From assembly GCA_965212055.1 (NCBI GenBank), contig OZ243041.1, positions 768,001-832,000 on the forward strand: a DNA stretch of 64,000 nucleotides. The letters are read 5' to 3'. This stretch comes from Fidelibacterota bacterium. GTDB lineage: Bacteria > Fidelibacterota > Marinisomatia > Marinisomatales > Marinisomataceae. The notes under the pieces are model-generated. The model did no database searches, had not been told where the DNA came from, and worked only from the letters and a program-made list of their open reading frames with translations. Position numbers and translations under genes: made by a program. Position 1 is the first letter of the stretch. Each line of letters opens with the position of its first letter. Positions 20,342 through 29,647 of this stretch are shown piece by piece.

Positions 20342-20875
20342 TTAATTTTTACCAGAGAATAAATAGCCTTCCCAATCAACATTGTTTTGTTTAACAAATT
20401 GTTTAAAATAAATAAATCGATTTGGTCTTCTTGGTTGTTTCATAAGTTTCATTCTTGCCTCTTGTGGTGTTTTATTTCCTTTTTTTGAATTACATGGAGA
20501 ACAAGCCACAATTAAATTTTCCCATGTATCAGGACCACTTTTTTCTTTGGGAATAATATGATCAACAGTTAAATGTGATTTTGAAAAACAATATTGACAA
20601 CAAAAATTATCTCGAATCAATAGGTTTTTTCTATTAAGAACAACATCCAAGTTATTATGTTTAACATATCGTCTTAATTTAACTACACTTGGAATCTTTA
20701 CTCTCATTGATGGCGAATGGACATAATCATTGTAATTTTTTAAAATATCAATCTTATCAAGAAAATATAAACATAGTGCTCGTTTTGATGAACAAACTGC
20801 CAAAGGAACATAGCTGGCATTTAAAACTAGTGTAAGATTACTATTAAGTTTAGAAACTGAATTATTTTTATACAT
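20342..20875 (-). CDS. HNH endonuclease family protein
   Basis: LVLNASY.PL, PSVVKL, RD...CQYC, TVDHIIP, WENLIVAC..CN..KG; likely ATG at 20875. Confidence 0.9.
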   Translation of the reverse strand: MYKNNSVSKLNSNLTLVLNASYVPLAVCSSKRALCLYFLDKIDILKNYNDYVHSPSMRVKIPSVVKLRRYVKHNNLDVVLNRKNLLIRDNFCCQYCFSKSHLTVDHIIPKEKSGPDTWENLIVACSPCNSKKGNKTPQEARMKLMKQPRRPNRFIYFKQFVKQNNVDWEGYLFSGKN

Positions 20876-20946
20876 TATGGATACAAATTTATGAAAATAA
20901 TCTTTTATTAATGAATAAAAATAACTTTGATTATACAACCAAGACT

Positions 20947-22566
20947 TTAATCATCAAATTCCCATAAAATACCAAATGACATTAAACTATTGATTGGATT
21001 AAATAATTCGTGTCTTTCTATTGAATAATCTCCATTCACAGGTAAACGATGCAATAAATTATTAGCACGAAATGTTAAAATCACATCACCAATAGAAATA
21101 TCAAGATTTACACCAACGTTATAACTTTCATCATTTATAAAACTATTTCCAACAGATGGAATATTTCTAAAATAATCAAAGGAAAAATCGGAATTATTTT
21201 TTGAGAGATAGATTAAAGAAATTTTTCCATTTATACCTAGCTTTTCATTGACAAAAGATGTTTTAAATCCATAATTAATATCTAAAATATCTGATCTATT
21301 TGAACTTATAACACTATCATAGAAATTGTGGTAATATGCAAAATTTAAATTATGATTATTAAATGAAATTCCAAATTTTGTCTTCAATGATAATAAATCA
21401 TCAGAAAGAGTAGTAAAAGAATCATCAGCTTTATTATATGCTGTTAAATTTGATACTTCAGTCCATTTTAGATTGGTTTCTAAAATAAAACCAGAATAAA
21501 TGTTATAGTGTAGATTAACTGAATTCCAAGTTTCAATACCTTGGTAATCGGGATTATCGAATAAGAATGTTGTTGGCTTGTTTGTAATATCCATTGATAG
21601 AGAATAAGTCTGATTACCAAAATTATGATTTAGCTCATAATAAAAATTTGGTAAGACTTCTTCATTTTCAGATCCATAATTACCATCACTTTTATAAGGA
21701 GAATTCCCTCTAAAATAATCAAACCCATATTTAATCTCTGATGATTTAAAACTATTGCTACTAACTAGATTGAGAGAATTTTGAGTATAAGCTTGTAAAA
21801 CATCATGAATTGTTTGACGTGATCTTAAGTCAAAATAAAATTTATTATCTAAAGATAAATCAATTGAAACATTTTTATCATTATTTGCATTGATTGTAAG
21901 AATGTTTCTATCAATATCAATATCGTTATCTAACAATTCTTCTAATAAAAAGAGTTTATCATGCTTAGTAATATGATTGAATTTAAATGTATAGTTCCAT
22001 AGACCTTTTTCAAATCTATCAATTAAAGTAAAAGATAAAAAATCAGAAAATTCTTTATTATTCGAGTTATCTTCAACATTATCAAATAAGAAATTTGAAC
22101 TTGTCTGAAAATATCCTACTGAAACAATTAAGAAATGATTCTCAAAATGTTTTGAATAATCAAATTGATATAAAAGGCTTAAAGGACCGCTATTTGAATT
22201 GGCAAACTCAGAATAATTCCCAAAAAAACTCTTTTTAAATCCTAAAAACTGGAAATCACTATCTTGAGAATGTTTTTTTAAACCAACATTAAGAACATCC
22301 AAACCATAATCGCCAAACTCATAAGAAAATTTGCTTTTTGTGTAAGTTGAATCAATTTTGATATCATTGAAATCAAAGGAGCTGAATTTTTGTTTAAAAT
22401 ATTTTGAGGATGAATCAATCAACAGATTGTCAAATTTCTGATCTGTATTCCATATAATCTGATTATTGCTAAGATTAATACCAAATTGATCTGATAAATC
22501 ATAAGAAATATCATGTTGTGCGAAAATATTTTGAAAAAAGAATATAATAAGTAATCTATTTTTCAT
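20947..22566 (-). CDS. Putative outer-membrane beta-barrel protein (putative porin)
   Basis: Signal peptide, amphipathic aromatic-rich strands, C-terminal FGILWEFDD. Confidence 0.55.
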   Translation of the reverse strand: MKNRLLIIFFFQNIFAQHDISYDLSDQFGINLSNNQIIWNTDQKFDNLLIDSSSKYFKQKFSSFDFNDIKIDSTYTKSKFSYEFGDYGLDVLNVGLKKHSQDSDFQFLGFKKSFFGNYSEFANSNSGPLSLLYQFDYSKHFENHFLIVSVGYFQTSSNFLFDNVEDNSNNKEFSDFLSFTLIDRFEKGLWNYTFKFNHITKHDKLFLLEELLDNDIDIDRNILTINANNDKNVSIDLSLDNKFYFDLRSRQTIHDVLQAYTQNSLNLVSSNSFKSSEIKYGFDYFRGNSPYKSDGNYGSENEEVLPNFYYELNHNFGNQTYSLSMDITNKPTTFLFDNPDYQGIETWNSVNLHYNIYSGFILETNLKWTEVSNLTAYNKADDSFTTLSDDLLSLKTKFGISFNNHNLNFAYYHNFYDSVISSNRSDILDINYGFKTSFVNEKLGINGKISLIYLSKNNSDFSFDYFRNIPSVGNSFINDESYNVGVNLDISIGDVILTFRANNLLHRLPVNGDYSIERHELFNPINSLMSFGILWEFDD

Positions 22567-23437
22567 TTCTACTCATGAAATTTACCTGAGAATCCATATA
22601 ATTGATTGTATGCAATAACATTGCTTCTATTGTTTGTGGTTCTACTGGACTTTGCCATTCTCTTCTACCTTGATAAGATAAAATCAAATGTTCTAGTTGA
22701 ATTTTATCCTCTTTCGGGAAAGTTTTTATTTCTCTTATATACTCATTAACAACATCTCTTGATAAGATAGCATTTCCAACTAATTGTTTTTCAATGCTTT
22801 TATCAGCAGAAAAACCAATATTAATTGAGTAAAGTTTGCCAATCTGATGAAGGCAAGCTCCTGTTAATAACAAATTAGAATCCACTGCATAATTTCTTGC
22901 TAACAATCTAGCAATTTTCATCAGTGAAACAGTCTGTTCTAAAAGACCATGTTGATAATTATAATGATATGCAATACTCGCAGGATAAATTTGAAATTTT
23001 TGTTTATGATCTGATAAAATTTTAGTGACTAACTTTTTAAAGTGTGGCTTTGAAATTGTTTTAATTTCTTTTTGGAGTTGTGTCCATAATTGTTTCACAT
23101 TTTGTTTTGAAGTAGGAATTAAATCTGATGGTACAAAACCATATTTTTTATATCTATCAATAGATGCTCTATTAATATTTTTTATTTTTATAAAAAGATT
23201 CTCTCCATAACTATAAGTTATACCCTTTAAAGCAACCGGATTTCCAACATCAAATTTTTTAGTCAGTATATGAACATTATCCCAAATCCTTCCTCTTATT
23301 ATACCAGATTTATCCTGAAGTAATAAATCAATATAAGGGGATCCATCTTTTTTCTTTCGCAGTTTTTTTTCAATGCATAAGTAAAAACCTTGAAGTTTCA
23401 CATCAGAAAGCAAATTATTGATAAGAACAGATTTCAT
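22556..23437 (-). CDS. YhaM/CBF1-like OB-fold + HD-domain protein (degenerate HD site)
   Basis: OB fold (PYIDLLLQDKSG...RIW) then YPAS..YHYNY..GLLE, LHQIGK, P.T.EA.LLH. Confidence 0.8.
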   Translation of the reverse strand: MKSVLINNLLSDVKLQGFYLCIEKKLRKKKDGSPYIDLLLQDKSGIIRGRIWDNVHILTKKFDVGNPVALKGITYSYGENLFIKIKNINRASIDRYKKYGFVPSDLIPTSKQNVKQLWTQLQKEIKTISKPHFKKLVTKILSDHKQKFQIYPASIAYHYNYQHGLLEQTVSLMKIARLLARNYAVDSNLLLTGACLHQIGKLYSINIGFSADKSIEKQLVGNAILSRDVVNEYIREIKTFPKEDKIQLEHLILSYQGRREWQSPVEPQTIEAMLLHTINYMDSQVNFMSRNEK

Positions 23438-23444
23438 TTAAAAA

Positions 23445-23909
23445 TTAATTAGTAAGATGAGAACAATTTTTACTATTGCATACACCAGAAAGTTGATGAG
23501 TTCTTTGTGTAACTTTCATATTTAATTTTTTAGCAATTTCATTTTCTAAAACAGTAATATTACTATCAAAAAATTCGAAGATTTCACCGCAGTCCTCACA
23601 TAAAATATGATCATGTCTTGGGCTGATAGATTTTTTATTATGTTCATAAAGAATTTTGCCGTTCCCAAGAGAGACTTTTTTTAACAAATCATGTTTAACA
23701 AATACATCAATTGTTCTATAAAGGGTAGCTCTTGATACATTGATTTTCTTTTTGATTAAAGACTGTAAAATAGTTTCAATATCTCTGTGATCATCAGTTG
23801 AACATAACTCATCCCATATGTCTAAACGTTGTTTCGTTGTTCTCATACCTTCCGCTTTGAGTACTGATCCAACTTCGACATGGAATCTACATGGTATTAA
23901 TTTTTCCAT
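23445..23909 (-). CDS. fur: Fur-family transcriptional regulator
   Basis: T.QR..I, SRATLYRT, HDHILCEDCG, C-terminal Cys pair. Confidence 0.85.
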   Translation of the reverse strand: MEKLIPCRFHVEVGSVLKAEGMRTTKQRLDIWDELCSTDDHRDIETILQSLIKKKINVSRATLYRTIDVFVKHDLLKKVSLGNGKILYEHNKKSISPRHDHILCEDCGEIFEFFDSNITVLENEIAKKLNMKVTQRTHQLSGVCNSKNCSHLTN

Positions 23910-23935
23910 TATTCAAATTACATTAAATAAATTTT

Positions 23936-26102
23936 CTAATCTATCCTTTTTAGATTGGCATACTTCACAATTAGCTTCTTTTTTAGACCATCTTTAAACT
24001 CTATACCAACTTTTTGGTTCTCTCCAACACCATTTAAAACAATAATTATTCCAACACCAAAAAGATTGTGTTGTACCATATCGCCCACTGCAAAATCATC
24101 AAATTCAGTAACTGTTCTAGCCATTTTAACTGTTTTACCATTAGCTGAATTAACAATACGTTTAGTATATACACTTTTATATTTTTTTACTTTTAATGAA
24201 TCTTTGTTGATTTCGTTTAAAAAATCAGATTGTATAAAAGATGAAGTGCTTTGCGAACCAAATCTTCTTCTATAATATGCATTGAGCAAATAAGCTTTTT
24301 CCATAGCTCTTGTCAATGCAACATAAAACAGTCTTCTTTCTTCTTCAAATTGATCACTAGAATCATCTATCCTCATTAAAGGAAAAAGACCTTGCTCTAA
24401 TCCAGTAATAAACACTGTGGGAAATTCTAATCCCTTTGCTGCATGTACAGTCATGAGTGTAATAGAATTTTGTTTACTATTCCAATCATCCAAATCAGTG
24501 TACAATGCTACTTCTTGTAAGAATTCTCTTAATCCTCCACCAGAAGTTTCGGCGAAATAATCAATACTGGATTTTAATTCTTGGATATTATTATAACGAT
24601 CTTGTTCTACTGGATTGTTCTTATAATAGTACTCGATATTAAATTCTTCTAAAATCACACGAAATAATTCTTTGCAATCTAATTTTTCTAATAAATCATG
24701 GAATTTATTAATTGAATCATAAAAATTTGAAATCGAATCACATTGCTTATTTCTTAATTTTAATTCTTTAGCAAATTGTAAACTTTCAAATAAAGATATT
24801 TTCTTTTTGTTTGCTAAATCATTAAGAAGTTTAATTGTTTTCTCACCAATTCCTCTAACAGGAAAATTAATAATTCTTTTTAAAGCCACATTATCATTTA
24901 GATTGCAAATTAGAATAAGATATGCAAGAACATTTTTTATTTCTTTTCTATCATAAAATTTTGTGCCTCCAACTATACTATATGGTAAACCTTCTCTCAT
25001 GAAAATCTGCTCTATAATTCTTGATTGGGCATTTGTTCGGTAAAGAATTGCAAAATCTTGAAATGTACTTTTATTTATTTTGATATCTTTTTTAATAGAA
25101 TCAGCAACTGCAAGAGCTTCTTCTTTATCGTTACCAGTAGGAATCAAAGATATTCTTTCCCCCTGCCCTTTTGTAGCTACCAATTTCTTTTCAGCACGAT
25201 TTGCATTGTTAGATACTACAGACCATGCACCATCAAGAATTCTTTGTGTTGATCTGTAATTCTTTTCCAGTTTAATCTCAACCGCTTTTGGAAAAGTATC
25301 TTTAAAATTTGTGAGAATATTATCAATATTTGCACCTCTCCATCCATAGATTGACTGGTCATCATCTCCTACCACGGTAATATTTTTGATGTCCACTAGC
25401 AAGGAAGCTAATCAACTCAAATTGTGGAGAATTAGTATCTTGAAATTCATCAACTAATATGTATTTCCACAAATTTTGATATGCTTTTAGTGATGATTTA
25501 TTTTTCTTAAAAAGTTGAATAGGCAATAAAATTAAATCATTAAAATCGACGGCATTATTTTGAATCAACTTTTCTAAATAAAGATCATATATCTCAGCAA
25601 TTTTTTTATTTTCGAAACTATTTGCCTCTGATTGAACATCTTTAACAGACATTGATGCATTTTTGAAACTATCAATCTTTGCTTGTAATAAATTGGGATT
25701 AAATTCTTTATAATTATTAAGATCTAATTCTTCTATAATTTCTTTTAAGATTATTTTTTGATCAGAACCATCATAAATGGTAAAACCACTGCTATATCTT
25801 TTATCTAAATTTTTAATATATTTTCTTAGAATTCTGGCTCCGATAGAATGAAAAGTTCCAACAGTAGCACCATCACATTTAATACTTTTATTGATGCGTT
25901 CTCTCATTTCTGATGCTGCTTTATTTGTAAATGTCAAAGCTAAAATTTCTTTAGGTAGATAAATCTTATTCTTAATCAAATACCAAACTTTATAAGTCAA
26001 TACACGTGTTTTCCCACTCCCTGCTCCTGCAAAAACAAGCACTGGTCCTTTAGTAGCTTTAACAGCTTTTAATTGTTCATTATTTAAATCTGATAGTTTC
26101 AT
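23936..26102 (-). pseudogene. pcrA: PcrA/UvrD ATP-dependent DNA helicase, interrupted by one frameshift (possibly a sequencing artefact)
   Basis: Motif I AGAGSGKT and DEFQD lie in 25362-26102; VGDDDQSIY, NYRS, MTVHAAKGLEF and EERRL lie in 23936-25402. Removing one base from the T5 run at 25383-25387 gives a continuous 721-aa ORF. Confidence 0.75.
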
Positions 26103-27094
26103 TGCATTCTTTTTTGTCTTTTATATTCTCGTTTTGCCTTTAAATGATCAGACTGATTTGTACTAAATGAGTGATATCCATCTCCTTTGGCAACAAAATA
26201 TAAGTAATCAGTATCCTCTGGATAAAGCGCAGCTTCAATTGACTTAATACCAGGATTATTAATTGGCCCTGGTGGTAAACCATAGTACATATATGTATTA
26301 TATGGAGAGTTTATTGTCAAGTGTTTTGTTTGTAATGTCTTTGGTCCGTCTGGGAATAGATACTGTATTGTTGGATCTGCTTGTAGTTTTATATTTTTTC
26401 TTAATCGATTGTGATATACTGATGATATAGTCCTACGTTCACTATCAAATAGGGCTTCGCCTTCAATAATAGATGCTAAAGTAATAACCTCATGAATTGT
26501 AAATCCTAATTCATTGGATCTATCAATTAATGTTTGATTAAAATTATCCCAAAATTGATTAATCATTACTGTTAAAACTTCTTCAATCATCATGTCTTGA
26601 AAAAAATAGTATGTATCTGGGAATAAATATCCCTCTAAAGAAGTAGCTTCGATATCAAATTGTTCTATAAAACTAGGATCAGTAAGAAGTCTTCTATTTT
26701 GGGTTTCAAGTATGTTTTCAATTTTCTCCAATACTTTTTCAGATCTTAATCCTTCAGGAAGCGTTATTTTTATTCTGATTGGACCTTCATCAAAAATTGT
26801 ACGAATTAATCTAGCATTACTAACATTCCCTTCTATGGCGAATGTCCCCGTTGGAATATTCCCAGCAAGACCACGTAATGCAACTGCATATTTAAAAAAA
26901 GATTTGTTACTAATAATACCTTGCTCATATAAAACATTTGTAAGACTATTTAAAGACATTCCTTTTTCAATTATAAATGTTGTTCTTTCAATTGACTTAC
27001 TATTTAAAGAAGAAAAAATAACAAACGCTAAGAAGAATAGAACAAATAAATTAGCAAAAATAGATTGTGGGTTTTTATTGGTTTTGTTTTCCAT
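26099..27094 (-). CDS. mltG: Endolytic transglycosylase MltG (YceG)
   Basis: N-terminal TM, LEGYLFPDTY, LASIIEGE, LQADPT, SPYNTY...GLPPGPI.NPG. Confidence 0.94.
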   Translation of the reverse strand: MENKTNKNPQSIFANLFVLFFLAFVIFSSLNSKSIERTTFIIEKGMSLNSLTNVLYEQGIISNKSFFKYAVALRGLAGNIPTGTFAIEGNVSNARLIRTIFDEGPIRIKITLPEGLRSEKVLEKIENILETQNRRLLTDPSFIEQFDIEATSLEGYLFPDTYYFFQDMMIEEVLTVMINQFWDNFNQTLIDRSNELGFTIHEVITLASIIEGEALFDSERRTISSVYHNRLRKNIKLQADPTIQYLFPDGPKTLQTKHLTINSPYNTYMYYGLPPGPINNPGIKSIEAALYPEDTDYLYFVAKGDGYHSFSTNQSDHLKAKREYKRQKRMQ

Positions 27095-27158
27095 TTGGAA
27101 CGGAGAAATTAATTATATTTTTGGAAAGTTTGTATAACACATTTAACTTTTTGTAATA

Positions 27159-27374
27159 ATGAGTCAAAATAAAGAAAAAGTAAATTTTCAATGGCCATAT
27201 AAAAGAAAAAATTATGTTTTGTTTGCCATTGGAGTTTTCGTTATAATCGTGGGTTATTTGATAATGTATTTAGGAAAAGTTGATAGTTTTCAAAGCTTGA
27301 CTCTTTCTCCTATACTTTTGTTAATCGGTTATTTGATTATAATTCCATATGCATTGTTATATAGAAATAATTAA
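27159..27374 (+). CDS. Small two-TM membrane protein (DUF3098-like)
   Basis: KNY.LF.IG...I..GY..M and LTLSPILLLIGY pattern. Confidence 0.7.
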   Translation: MSQNKEKVNFQWPYKRKNYVLFAIGVFVIIVGYLIMYLGKVDSFQSLTLSPILLLIGYLIIIPYALLYRNN

Positions 27375-27375
27375 T

Positions 27376-27449
27376 GGGGTAGTAGTTCAGCTGGTTAGAA
27401 CGCCGGCCTGTCAAGCCGGAGGTCGCGGGTTCGAGTCCCGTCTATCCCG
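27376..27449 (+). tRNA. tRNA-Asp (GTC), CCA not encoded
   Basis: Acceptor GGGGTAG/CTATCCC, D-arm AGTTCAGCTGGTTAGAAC, anticodon arm CCGGC-CTGTCAA-GCCGG, T-loop GTTCGAGTC. Confidence 0.97.
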
Positions 27450-27457
27450 CATATAAA

Positions 27458-28540
27458 GTGGCTAATATTTTCCAAATTGGCTCTGGCATGGTTGGTAGTG
27501 CAATGGCCTTAGATCTTGCAAACAATCATGATGTATTTTTATCAGATAATAACAAAAAATCACTTGCCAAAATTCAGTCTCAAAATAATTCTATTCAAAT
27601 TCAACAATTAGATGTCAAAAATAAAAATGCTTTATCTGAATGGATTCAACCTGCAGATATTGTTTTATTAGCAGTTCCTGGATTTTTGGGATATGAAACA
27701 TTAAAAACAATCATCGAAACCGGAAAACATGTTGTAGATATTTCATTTGCTCCAGAAAATGTTTTAGATCTGAATCCTCTTGCAAAGAAAAACAATGTTA
27801 TTAGCATTGTGGATGCAGGCGTTGCACCTGGAATACCAAATTATCTTCTTGGTTACTGGAATTCCAGAATGAACATTGAATCATTTGAATACTATGTTGG
27901 TGGTCTTCCAAAAAATCCTACTCCTCCTTTTTATTATAAAGCACCTTTTTCCCCAATTGATGTTATTGAAGAATACACGCGTCCAGCAAGAATGATGATT
28001 AATGGACAACTGAAAACAAAACCAGCACTCTCTGAAATAGAAACAATATTTTTTGAAGAAGTAGGAAAATTAGAAGCATTTAATACAGATGGATTGCGAT
28101 CAATCTTATCTACTATGAATCATATTCCAAATATGAAAGAAAAAACATTGCGCTATCCAAAACATGCACAACTGATGGTAGACTATAGAAATAAAGGACT
28201 ATTTAATGAAGACAATATTCAAGAAACCTCAAGACAATTATTTGAAGATTGGAAGCTAGAAAAAAATGAAGCAGAATTTACTATAATGGATATTATCATT
28301 AAAGGAACTACAGAAAAAATTGAATATCACCTCTATGATGAATTCAATACAGCCTCTCAAACATCATCTATGGCGCGTACCACAGGGTACACAGCAACCG
28401 CTACGATTAATCTCATTTTGGAAAAATTATGGATTGATTCAGGAGTATTCCCACCAGAAATAATAGGGAAAAAAGAACAGTGTATGCATCATATTCTTAA
28501 TTATTTAGAAGATAGAAATATTACAATTACAAAAAAATAA
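27458..28540 (+). CDS. Saccharopine dehydrogenase family / L-lysine 6-dehydrogenase-like
   Basis: IGSGMVG, AVPGFLG, DAGVAPG, YVGGLP, FSPIDVIEEY, EAFNTDGLRS, EKTLRYP.H, SMARTTG. Confidence 0.85.
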   Translation: MANIFQIGSGMVGSAMALDLANNHDVFLSDNNKKSLAKIQSQNNSIQIQQLDVKNKNALSEWIQPADIVLLAVPGFLGYETLKTIIETGKHVVDISFAPENVLDLNPLAKKNNVISIVDAGVAPGIPNYLLGYWNSRMNIESFEYYVGGLPKNPTPPFYYKAPFSPIDVIEEYTRPARMMINGQLKTKPALSEIETIFFEEVGKLEAFNTDGLRSILSTMNHIPNMKEKTLRYPKHAQLMVDYRNKGLFNEDNIQETSRQLFEDWKLEKNEAEFTIMDIIIKGTTEKIEYHLYDEFNTASQTSSMARTTGYTATATINLILEKLWIDSGVFPPEIIGKKEQCMHHILNYLEDRNITITKK

Positions 28541-28553
28541 TGCTAATCAAGAC

Positions 28554-28577
28554 AATTATGGAAAAAAGGCCATAATT
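28554..28577. repeat. 8-bp inverted repeat with 8-nt spacer (AATTATGG-N8-CCATAATT), candidate operator or hairpin
   Basis: Read directly from the intergenic region upstream of the cohesin lipoprotein. Confidence 0.45.
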
Positions 28578-28617
28578 ATTGTAGATTAATCTTCACACCC
28601 AAGAGGTAAAACTAATT

Positions 28618-29643
28618 TTGAAAAAAATATTATTAGCGTTTTTAGTTGTATTACTAGGCTGCGGCGGTGGTGGTGGCGGCGGCGGTAGTGATGATGGTGG
28701 AGATGGTGGATCAGGAAATACTCCTCCAGTAGCAGCATTCACTGGTAGCCCTTTATCAGGAACAGTCCCATTATCTGTACAATTTGCATCTCAATCAACA
28801 GGAGATATTAATTCTCATCAGTGGGATGCTAACAATGATGGAACAGTTGATGGTGGTACTTATACCTACAATCATACCTATACGGAAGCTGGTACATATA
28901 CCGTTTCACTCACTGTTGTAGGACCAGCAGGAAGTGATTCAACCACCAAAACAGATTATATTACAGTAACTGTACTTCCACCACATGCTGATTTTGAAGC
29001 AACTACTACTAGCGGCACTCCTGATTTGAGAGTCCAATTTATTAATAATTCGCTTCGTTATACTCAATCTACTTGGGATTTTGGAGATGGAAATACAAGT
29101 ACTGACACTCACCCTATGCATACATATACTGCAGTAGGTAGTTATGATGTTTCATTAGATGTGCTAGGAGAAGGTGGTACAGATATAGAAACTAAGACTG
29201 GATATATTAATGTCAGCACTCTTGGAACTCCAGCCATTATTATTGATCCAAAATATACAGATACAAGCAATGGCACTACTATTACTTTAAGTCTAAAAGT
29301 AATGGGAGTAACTGGATTGGCAGCTGCGCAAGCAAAATTGGTATATGACGCAAGTACTGTAACGATTGGTAATGTTGCTTTTGGAGATTTCTTAAAAGGC
29401 AATACTGATCCATTGTTAATTGTTACTAAAGATGAATCAAATGGAGAAGTCACTATTTATACATCATCTCTATCGAGTGATAAACCATCGGCAGATGGAG
29501 ATGGAGTGATAGCAACTGTTGAATTTACTGTAACTAGCACAACATCAATTATTTTTGACAATAGTAATGTTATTTTTCTTGATGTAGATGGAAATAATAT
29601 TACTGTAAATGGTTCACAAGATGGGTATATATATGTTAATTAA
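28618..29643 (+). CDS. Lipoprotein: Gly linker, 2 PKD domains, C-terminal cohesin-like domain
   Basis: TTG start with AAGAGG upstream; lipobox LLG-C15; PKD motifs (P.AAF....SG.VPL.VQF, WDFGDG); C-terminal GLAAAQAKLVYD...G.FL...GDGVIATVEF cohesin pattern. Confidence 0.8.
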   Translation: MKKILLAFLVVLLGCGGGGGGGGSDDGGDGGSGNTPPVAAFTGSPLSGTVPLSVQFASQSTGDINSHQWDANNDGTVDGGTYTYNHTYTEAGTYTVSLTVVGPAGSDSTTKTDYITVTVLPPHADFEATTTSGTPDLRVQFINNSLRYTQSTWDFGDGNTSTDTHPMHTYTAVGSYDVSLDVLGEGGTDIETKTGYINVSTLGTPAIIIDPKYTDTSNGTTITLSLKVMGVTGLAAAQAKLVYDASTVTIGNVAFGDFLKGNTDPLLIVTKDESNGEVTIYTSSLSSDKPSADGDGVIATVEFTVTSTTSIIFDNSNVIFLDVDGNNITVNGSQDGYIYVN

Positions 29644-29647
29644 GAAT

